DNA of 64,000 bases from a bacterium (GTDB lineage Bacteria > Hydrothermota > UBA3073 > JACQXS01 > JAQTXJ01), in assembly GCA_028716385.1 (NCBI GenBank), contig JAQUPX010000004.1, positions 130,234 through 194,233 of the forward strand, read 5' to 3'. Made by a program: the position numbers and the translations under genes. The notes under the pieces are model-generated. The model was not told the origin of the DNA. It saw nothing but the letters and a program-made list of their open reading frames with translations, and ran no database searches. How positions within the stretch are numbered: position 1 is the first letter of the stretch; every line of letters begins with the position of its first letter. Shown one piece after another: positions 57,444 through 64,000 of this stretch.

Positions 57444-57741
57444 TTTTCACCCCTATAACATCAAATCTGACGTTACATTTTCCGAATAATTTACGTTTAA
57501 GGAGATAAGCTTGAGCGACATCAATGATATTGCTGGCTTTATTGCGGTCAACTTTTTCAATAGGTTCACCGAAATCATTATTTGTATTGGATTTAACTTC
57601 TACGAAAACGATAACACCTTTTTTCTCGCATATAACATCTACTTCTTTATGATGAAAGCGATAATTTCTCTCAAGTGTTATATAGCCTTTATTTTCAAGG
57701 TACTTTACTGCAAGGTTTTCACCGGCAGCACCTGTCTTCAT
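57403..57741 (-). CDS. yraN: YraN-family (UPF0102) endonuclease
   Basis: It begins GENLAVKYLENKGYITLERNYRFHHKEVDVICEKKGVIVFVEVK. Confidence 0.8.
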   Translation of the reverse strand: MKTGAAGENLAVKYLENKGYITLERNYRFHHKEVDVICEKKGVIVFVEVKSNTNNDFGEPIEKVDRNKASNIIDVAQAYLLKRKLFGKCNVRFDVIGVKNEKIQHIEDAFRK

Positions 57742-58034
57742 CTCTTTTTCTTGCGCAGGTAATAAAGTTTACCTCTACGAACCTTTTCGTGTCCTAAGAC
57801 AGAAATTTTTTCTATTGAGGGAGAATGTAATGGGTATATACGTTCGACTCCGAAGCCTTCGATTATAGCTCGTACGGTAAAAGTGCTTGTGATACCGCTA
57901 TTATTGCGAGCTATTACGATACCTTCGAATTTTTGTTTACGTATATGTTCGCCTTCCATTAATTTTGTTTGTACTCTAACGACATCGCCTATATTAAGTT
58001 TAGGCAAAGTAGTAGTTGTAGTTAATGTGTCCAT
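57738..58034 (-). CDS. rplS: 50S ribosomal protein L19
   Basis: …FEGIVIARNNSGITSTFTVR…GVERIYPLHSP… is diagnostic of L19. Confidence 0.9.
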   Translation of the reverse strand: MDTLTTTTTLPKLNIGDVVRVQTKLMEGEHIRKQKFEGIVIARNNSGITSTFTVRAIIEGFGVERIYPLHSPSIEKISVLGHEKVRRGKLYYLRKKKR

Positions 58035-58681
58035 TGTTTCCTATTAGTGGAGTTCCACTGATTAATTTTTGTATGATGACCTGAGGTTAATATTTCCGGG
58101 ACTTTAACGCCTTCGACTTCAGCGGGTTTTGTGTATAAAGGTGGGTCTAGTTCACCGAGAGAATCAGCGAACATAGACTCGGGGTTTTTAAGGACACCCG
58201 GGATAAGCCTGGTAATAGATTCAACGATAGACATACAGGCGAGTTCACCACCAGAGAGGACATAATTTCCGATAGAGATTTCCATCATAGTCTTATCGGG
58301 GTATTCCATATTAATTATATCTTTGACTCTTTCGTCAACGCCCTGGTATCTGCCACAAATAAATATCAAATGAGATTCTTCCGAAAGTTCCTGTGCCAAT
58401 GATTGATTGTACAATTTACCTGCGGGGGTAAGTAGAACAACTCTGGCATCGGGAGTCATAACTGAGCGAACAGCTTTAAGAATGGGTTCTGCTTTTAAAA
58501 CCATTCCAGAACTACCTCCATAAGGATAATCATCAACTTTACGATGAATATCATTAGTGAAATTTCTCAAATCCCAGACATTAATGGAGACAATTTTTTT
58601 AGACTTAGCAATTCTAATTGTTCCCCAGTCGAAAGGACTTTCGAACATTTTTGGAAAAATGGTAAAAATATCAATCTGCAT
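58022..58681 (-). CDS. trmD: tRNA (guanine37-N1)-methyltransferase
   Basis: It begins [13 protein letters not shown]…DDYPYGGSSGMVLKAEPI and has the SPOUT fold. Confidence 0.9.
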   Translation of the reverse strand: MQIDIFTIFPKMFESPFDWGTIRIAKSKKIVSINVWDLRNFTNDIHRKVDDYPYGGSSGMVLKAEPILKAVRSVMTPDARVVLLTPAGKLYNQSLAQELSEESHLIFICGRYQGVDERVKDIINMEYPDKTMMEISIGNYVLSGGELACMSIVESITRLIPGVLKNPESMFADSLGELDPPLYTKPAEVEGVKVPEILTSGHHTKINQWNSTNRKQWTH

Positions 58682-58911
58682 TACTCAAGAATCTCCAATA
58701 CTGCGCGTCTTCCACTTTTCATAGATGCGGCAGTCAATATTGTCCTCATAGCTCTCGCGGTTTTACCTTCTTTACCGATAACCTTACCGAGGTCAGTTTT
58801 TTCAACCCTCAGTTCATAAACGACTGTGCGTTCACCTTCAATTTCCGTAACTTTTACTTCATCGGGTGCATCCACAAGGCTTTTAGCCATTGCTTCTATT
58901 AGATTTTTCAT
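58681..58911 (-). CDS. KH-domain RNA-binding protein (YlqC/UPF0109-like)
   Basis: It has the …[18 protein letters not shown]… GxxG KH motif and lies between rpsP and trmD. Confidence 0.75.
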   Translation of the reverse strand: MKNLIEAMAKSLVDAPDEVKVTEIEGERTVVYELRVEKTDLGKVIGKEGKTARAMRTILTAASMKSGRRAVLEILE

Positions 58912-59145
58912 TTAATTCGCCTCCTTGCGCTTAAGCAATTTAGATACTATCACAGTAGGCTGGGCTCCTTTTTTAATCCACTCCTGAGCTTTAATCGAGT
59001 CCAGTTCTAATTTCCCCCCGCGTGGGTCATACGTACCGAGATTATCTATATACTTACCATTCCTTGGACTTCTTGAATCCATAACAACGACTCTATAATA
59101 CGGGCTATTAGTTTTTCCCGTTCTAAATAATCTAATTTTAACCAT
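58912..59145 (-). CDS. rpsP: 30S ribosomal protein S16
   Basis: It begins MVKIRLFRTGKTNSPYYRVVVMDSRSPRNGKYIDNLGTYDP. Confidence 0.9.
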   Translation of the reverse strand: MVKIRLFRTGKTNSPYYRVVVMDSRSPRNGKYIDNLGTYDPRGGKLELDSIKAQEWIKKGAQPTVIVSKLLKRKEAN

Positions 59146-59520
59146 AGTTTTTGCAATTTATACTTTATTACAAGAATGTCAAGATATAAATTGAAAAAAA
59201 TGGATAACGGAATACAGAAAATTAACCATAGAGGGCACAGAAGAAAAATATAATTCAGAATTGAAAGATAACAAAATAGAGATAAAAAACATAGAGAGCG
59301 CAGAGTATAAAAGCCAGAGAACAGAAAATCTAGACCTGCCAAAAGGAACGTTATAGAAGCAGAATTAACAGGATAAAAAAGAGTTAAAAGACAGAGAAAA
59401 GATAAAGAATCATAAATCGGAGTTGAGCCTTCCCGAAAAAAAGTTGACAGAGGGATTGAAGTCTAATAAAGTAATAAGTAATTTTATATATATATACATA
59501 AGGGTAAAAAGAGGTTTACT

Positions 59521-60003
59521 ATGGAAGAAATAAAAATACCGAAAGAGTATTTTATTAATATTGAGGGGTTGCGTGAAGGGGTAAATGAATTCAAGTATAC
59601 TACGGATGGTTTGTATTTAGAGATAGGTGAACTGCAAAAAGGTATCGAGATTCAGCTAAAAGTAACAAAGATAGTTAAGAGGCTTATAGTTAAAGGGAAA
59701 ATAATTTTTAGTTTAGAGTTGGAGTGTGCAAGATGTCTGGAGAAATATATAATTAAATTTACTGAAGGTATAAGCAGTGTTTTTCTTCCGAACAATCCTT
59801 CCGGTATAAAATCAGAAGAAGAAACGGAAGACCCTGATGTCAATTTTTATACAGGAAAGACAATAAGTTTAGTACAACTAATCAGAGACATAATTCTTCT
59901 TGCGATTCCAATTAAGCCACTTTGCAGTGTTTCTTGCAAGGGGATTTGTCCCGTATGCGGTAAAAATCTGAATGAGGCAGATTGTGGGTGTCCCCGGGAA
60001 TAA
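59521..60003 (+). CDS. yceD: YceD/DUF177-family protein
   Basis: It has the C-terminal CxxC…C.C zinc ribbon (CKGICPVCGKNLNEADCGC). Confidence 0.8.
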   Translation: MEEIKIPKEYFINIEGLREGVNEFKYTTDGLYLEIGELQKGIEIQLKVTKIVKRLIVKGKIIFSLELECARCLEKYIIKFTEGISSVFLPNNPSGIKSEEETEDPDVNFYTGKTISLVQLIRDIILLAIPIKPLCSVSCKGICPVCGKNLNEADCGCPRE

Positions 60004-60953
60004 AGATGAAAGCAGCATTTAAGATATTATTGAGGGTAGGAATAACTGCGTTATTGCTTTTTTTAGTATTACACAAGGTAGATTTTGACAAAATATTACA
60101 TATTCTCAGGAATGCGAATATGGGATTTTTGTGGGCAGCATTTTTTTGTAATATTTTGTTGTTTCTCTTGTGTGCCATGCGATGGCATTATCTTCTTTTA
60201 GACCACGGCATAAAAGTTAATTATTTCCACACGGTATTATATTATCTTATAGGATTTTTCTATAATAATTTTCTTCCTACAGTAATTGGTGGTGGGGTAG
60301 TTCGCGCTTTTTATGCAGGGAAGAGGAATAATAAAACGAAGCAAGCATTTTCGTCTATGCTTGTAGAAACGATTATCGGCGGGTGGACGTTAATTCTTTA
60401 CTCCATAGTTATGGCTGTATTGTGGCTGAGTGGGCACAGGAAAATAATTTTATCCATACTTGTTATTTTTATCGGGGCAACTATTGCCATATTTTTATTT
60501 TTTGAACGTAGATTTATGGGGAAGTTCCGGGGTATTGTAGAAAAGATAAAAGTATTTAATTTAGGGGAACAATTAAAGGAACTTTATAACGAGATGTATT
60601 TTTATAAAACAAAGAAAGGGTCAATAATTAAAGTTATTATAATTTCTTTTGGGATGCAATCGCTTCTTGGAGTTATGAATTTTTTTATAGGGTTGGCTCT
60701 TGGGTTTAAAATACCTTTTATGAGTTATATGGTATATCCTGCTATAATAGGGGTAATTACAGCTTTACCGATTACAATAAACGGATTAGGATTAAGAGAA
60801 TGGGGATATAAAGTTTTCTTTCATTTCAATGGTCTTTCGGGGGAGCAGGCAATTACGTTATCATTAGTGTTCTGGTTTATTGGAGTAATAGCCAGTTTTC
60901 TGGGTGCAATTGCATTTCTTTTTGTAAAGTTTGAGAAACAACAAGAGAAATAA
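59982..60953 (+). CDS. UPF0104/LPG-synthase-TM-like ('flippase-like') membrane protein
   Basis: It is an 8-TM protein (…FFYNNFLPTVIGGGVVRAFYAGKR…). Confidence 0.6.
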   Translation: MWVSPGIKMKAAFKILLRVGITALLLFLVLHKVDFDKILHILRNANMGFLWAAFFCNILLFLLCAMRWHYLLLDHGIKVNYFHTVLYYLIGFFYNNFLPTVIGGGVVRAFYAGKRNNKTKQAFSSMLVETIIGGWTLILYSIVMAVLWLSGHRKIILSILVIFIGATIAIFLFFERRFMGKFRGIVEKIKVFNLGEQLKELYNEMYFYKTKKGSIIKVIIISFGMQSLLGVMNFFIGLALGFKIPFMSYMVYPAIIGVITALPITINGLGLREWGYKVFFHFNGLSGEQAITLSLVFWFIGVIASFLGAIAFLFVKFEKQQEK

Positions 60954-61083
60954 CATTAAACTACAGGGAACACAGAGAAAAGACAGTTATCCACCAAACG
61001 GACTGGCAGACAGGTAGGTTTAACAGAGAAAAGATAAACTTATGCAGAGGACACGGAGAGAATAAAAAAAATAGATAGAAAAC

Positions 61084-62019
61084 GTGATTAAGAATGAGCC
61101 AATGAAAATCTGCATAATCGGACCCGGGAAAGTAGGAACTGCGCTCGGGGAAGCTTTCCAAAAAGCAGGTTATGAGATTGTAGGAATAGTATCAGAAAAG
61201 AAATCAAAAATTAAAAATCTTCCGCAGAGCGGGATAACAATCCCTAAGGACTATCGTCCAAGGGCTTGTAAAAATATAAAAATAACAGAAAGAGAACAGA
61301 AAAAATTAGAAGAGCTTCAAAGGTGTATAAAGTTGACGGGATGCAAGGCATGGTCGGATAATCCAAAAGATTTAGTAAAGAAGGCGGATTTAGTTTTGAT
61401 TACGGTTCCGGATTCTGCGATAAAGGAAGTAGTTTCTGAAATAAGAAAAGCCATAAAACCGGACACAATACTTGTTCATACTTCGGGTAGTTTATCTGCG
61501 AGTATTTTAGGAGTAAAAAATGGTATAGCGATGCATCCTATATCGGCATTTGCGGGAGGAAAGTTATTTTTCGGTACGTATTTTTCCATAGAGGGCAATA
61601 TAAAGATTGGGAAAAAACTTGTTTGTTCACTAGGGGGGGTACCGATTGTAATTTCCCCGAAATTAAAGAAATCGTTATATCATTCGGGGTTGAATTTTGG
61701 CGCTGCTTATTTTGTTACGCTCCTCAGTATAGGTAAAGAGTTACTTGAATTGAGCGGGTTTGAAGAATCGGAGAAGGTAATCTTATCGCTTGCGGAATCT
61801 GTTTTAGCGAATGCGAAGCAGTTCGGGATTAAGAATTCGTTTACGGGGCCGATAGCGAGAGGGGATAAGAGGGTAGTGGAAGAAGAGTTAAAAGTCGTAA
61901 AGAAATCGGCGCCGGAGATAGCAAAGATATATGAGCTACTGATAAAAGAAACGGAGAAAGAAACAAAAAAGAATTCTCACGCAAAGTCGCAAAGAACGGA
62001 GAGAACAGAAAAAAAGTAA
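61084..62019 (+). CDS. Rossmann-fold NAD(P)-binding protein, DUF2520-like
   Basis: It has an N-terminal ICIIGPGKVGTALG dinucleotide-binding motif and a C-terminal DUF2520-like region. A ~55-aa insert follows beta2. Confidence 0.5.
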   Translation: MIKNEPMKICIIGPGKVGTALGEAFQKAGYEIVGIVSEKKSKIKNLPQSGITIPKDYRPRACKNIKITEREQKKLEELQRCIKLTGCKAWSDNPKDLVKKADLVLITVPDSAIKEVVSEIRKAIKPDTILVHTSGSLSASILGVKNGIAMHPISAFAGGKLFFGTYFSIEGNIKIGKKLVCSLGGVPIVISPKLKKSLYHSGLNFGAAYFVTLLSIGKELLELSGFEESEKVILSLAESVLANAKQFGIKNSFTGPIARGDKRVVEEELKVVKKSAPEIAKIYELLIKETEKETKKNSHAKSQRTERTEKK

Positions 62020-62182
62020 AGAATTCTTTGGACGCAGATAAACGCAGATTAATTGGATTTAAAAGAAAACAGAACTTCTAGAGTTAAAACGGAAAAGAGA
62101 AACAGACATAATTGGGATCAACAGACTGGGACTAACGCAGATAATAGAAGATTAGACCTACAAATATAATAAATATTAATTT

Positions 62183-64000
62183 ATGAAACTTGCACTTAGT
62201 GATGATATTCAGTATGTAAAAGGGGTAGGGCCTGAAGTCGCGAAGCTTTTTAAGAATCTCGGCATAAAGGTTGTGGAAGATTTGCTTACATTGTCTCCCA
62301 GAAGGTATGCAGAGAAAGTATTTATAAAGGATATACAGAACGTGCAGAACATACAAAACATAGAAGACATACAGGATATGCAGAATGTGAAACCTGAAAA
62401 TCTTTCCGACTTGCAATCGGGAAAGGAAGTACGTGTAAGCGGCAGGATTATAGAAACGGGTATAAAACATACAGGTTCGGGAAAATTATTTGTAGTTAAA
62501 ATATCAGACGGAACGGGCGTTATCAGTTGTGTGTTTTTTCATTATTCGCCCAAGATGAGAGAAAGGTTTAAGTGGGGGTTAACGGTTTCGGCGGAAGGAA
62601 CGGTATCTAACTGGGGGTGGGATTTACAGCTTATTAATCCGGACATCAGTTTAGCCGTCAGCGATGAAAGAGATAAATATTTACCTGTTTATCCTTTGAC
62701 GGGTTGGTTAACGCATTCGCGTATCAGGAAAATAATAAGAGCAATTTTGGATACGAAGATTGAAATTCCGGAAACGCTTCCTGCGTATTTAATAGAAGAA
62801 AGGCATCTTTTAAGCAGAGAGACTGCGATTCGTAATTTACATTTTCCGCCAAACATAGAATATGTAAAATCAGTCCGTGAAAGGTTGGGATTTGAAGAGT
62901 TGTTTTTGCTTGAGATTATGGTTGCTTTGAGGAAAAGAGAAATCCAGAACAACGGGATTAAGTTTCAGAAGGGAAGTGTTCTGGCGAGAAAATTTTTCAA
63001 TCTGTTGACGTCTGAAAAGCCCGGCTTCAATTTAACTAAGGCTCAGACGAGGGTTTGCTGGGAAATATTTACGGATATGGAGAGCGACAAAAAAATGAAC
63101 AGGTTATTGCAGGGCGATGTTGGTTCGGGAAAGACAATTGTTGCGATACTTGCTATGCTGAAAGCGATTGAGTCGGGGTACCAGGCAATTCTTATGGCAC
63201 CGACGGAAATTCTTGCGGAGCAACATTATTTTTGTTTGAATCAATATTTATCGAAAATAGGTGTAGAGAGCAGTTTATTGATGGGGAAGACGCCTAAAAA
63301 GGCAAGGGATAAAATATTAGAAGATATAAAAAGCGGAAAAAGCCAGATAATTATAGGAACGCATGCTTTAATTGAGGGGAAAGTTGAGTTTAAAAATCCC
63401 GGGTTAATAGTAATAGACGAGCAGCATAAGTTTGGTGTTGCGCAGCGGTCAAAGCTTATGGAAAAGGGGACGCTTCCTGATACGCTTGTGTTGACGGCTA
63501 CGCCGATTCCGCGTTCGTTATCTTTGATATTCTATGGCAATTTGGATATTTCAATTATTGATGAATTGCCGCCGGGAGTCAAGCCGATTACTACAAAATG
63601 GAGATATGAGAATGAAATCGAGGAAGTGTGGAAGTTTGTGATTTCGGAGCTTTTAATAGGGCACCAGGCGTATATTGTTTATCCGATTATTGAAGAATCC
63701 GAGAAGTTAGATTTAAAAGCGGCGCAGGAAGCGTATGAAACGTTAAAAGAAACGGCTTTTAAGGAGTTCAAAGTAGGATTACTGCACGGGCGAATGAAGA
63801 GTGATGAAAAGGCAAGGGTAATGGAAGATTTCAGGAAAGGCGAGATACAGGTGCTTGTTGCGACGACTATAATTGAAGTAGGGATTGACGTGCCGAATGC
63901 GAGTTGTATGGTAATAGAGCATTCGGAGCGATTTGGGCTTGCGCAGCTGCATCAGTTGCGAGGCAGGCTTAATCGAGGGTCAAAGAAATCTTATTGTATT
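62183..64000 (+). CDS. recG: ATP-dependent DNA helicase RecG (3' partial; runs off window)
   Basis: It has an N-terminal wedge/OB region, the helicase motif I GDVGSGKT, DEQHKFGV and motif VI QLRGR. No stop occurs before the window end. Confidence 0.88.
   Translation, partial: MKLALSDDIQYVKGVGPEVAKLFKNLGIKVVEDLLTLSPRRYAEKVFIKDIQNVQNIQNIEDIQDMQNVKPENLSDLQSGKEVRVSGRIIETGIKHTGSGKLFVVKISDGTGVISCVFFHYSPKMRERFKWGLTVSAEGTVSNWGWDLQLINPDISLAVSDERDKYLPVYPLTGWLTHSRIRKIIRAILDTKIEIPETLPAYLIEERHLLSRETAIRNLHFPPNIEYVKSVRERLGFEELFLLEIMVALRKREIQNNGIKFQKGSVLARKFFNLLTSEKPGFNLTKAQTRVCWEIFTDMESDKKMNRLLQGDVGSGKTIVAILAMLKAIESGYQAILMAPTEILAEQHYFCLNQYLSKIGVESSLLMGKTPKKARDKILEDIKSGKSQIIIGTHALIEGKVEFKNPGLIVIDEQHKFGVAQRSKLMEKGTLPDTLVLTATPIPRSLSLIFYGNLDISIIDELPPGVKPITTKWRYENEIEEVWKFVISELLIGHQAYIVYPIIEESEKLDLKAAQEAYETLKETAFKEFKVGLLHGRMKSDEKARVMEDFRKGEIQVLVATTIIEVGIDVPNASCMVIEHSERFGLAQLHQLRGRLNRGSKKSYCI

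Overview
This 64-kb window is an AT-rich (roughly one-third GC by eye), gene-dense bacterial chromosomal segment with genes on both strands. Strong AAGGAGG-type Shine-Dalgarno sites occur together with five proteins ending in a T9SS (Por) C-terminal sorting domain, which argues for an FCB-group lineage that is not a classical Bacteroidia (inference).

Contents in order:
- 0-7.5 kb: a surface-glycan locus with a DegT aminotransferase, a GNAT-like protein, a decayed hexapeptide-acetyltransferase fragment, a SAM methyltransferase, two GT4 glycosyltransferases and a creatininase-family protein. A GxxExxY (PD-(D/E)XK) gene sits inside it, bracketed by repeats.
- 7.5-22 kb: housekeeping genes, namely yebC-ruvC-ruvA, a PLD-like nuclease, queD, a PNP-family phosphorylase, a BamD-like and an LptD-like gene, a uvrC that lacks the C-terminal (HhH)2 domain, ogt, a UvrD-like helicase, a cupin protein and secDF.
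- 22.4-28.8 kb: two tandem, near-identical paralogues of an unusual fusion (a carboxypeptidase-regulatory-like domain joined to an ArsB/NhaD permease), followed by a DUF318 permease, a NamZ/DUF1343-like gene and a DUF2007 gene.
- 28.8-34.9 kb: two large T9SS cargo proteins, one of them an M4 thermolysin-like protease.
- 35.0-35.4 kb: tRNA-Arg(CCU), preceded by a partial 5' copy of the same tRNA and an 87-aa GIY-YIG gene.
- 35.4-47.1 kb: asnS, a polyprenyl synthase, a solo minimal nucleotidyltransferase, a lipoprotein, a SurA-like isomerase, then three more T9SS cargo genes whose sorting domains are mosaically identical.
- 47.3-52.2 kb: an uncharacterised three-gene operon (unknown protein, GCS2-like carboxylate-amine ligase fused to a winged helix, and a polytopic membrane protein with an embedded spermidine-synthase-like domain whose signature reads GGGAGG).
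- 52.2-64.0 kb: an M16 peptidase, a DUF3795 protein, nadE, an outer-membrane protein, yraN, rplS, trmD, a KH protein, rpsP (no rimM), yceD, a UPF0104 protein, a DUF2520-like protein and partial recG.

The intergenic DNA carries several small repeat families. These are a 20-23-nt GC-rich palindrome (CCTGCCTGCCGGCAGGCAGG) embedded in purine-rich 'GCCACGGATAACAGACAC...CACGGATT' elements, degenerate A/G-rich spacers, a conserved-stem hairpin family, a GGGCTAAAGCCC family and a TTCCCGCTTTCGCGGGAA family. No CRISPR array and no rRNA gene is present.
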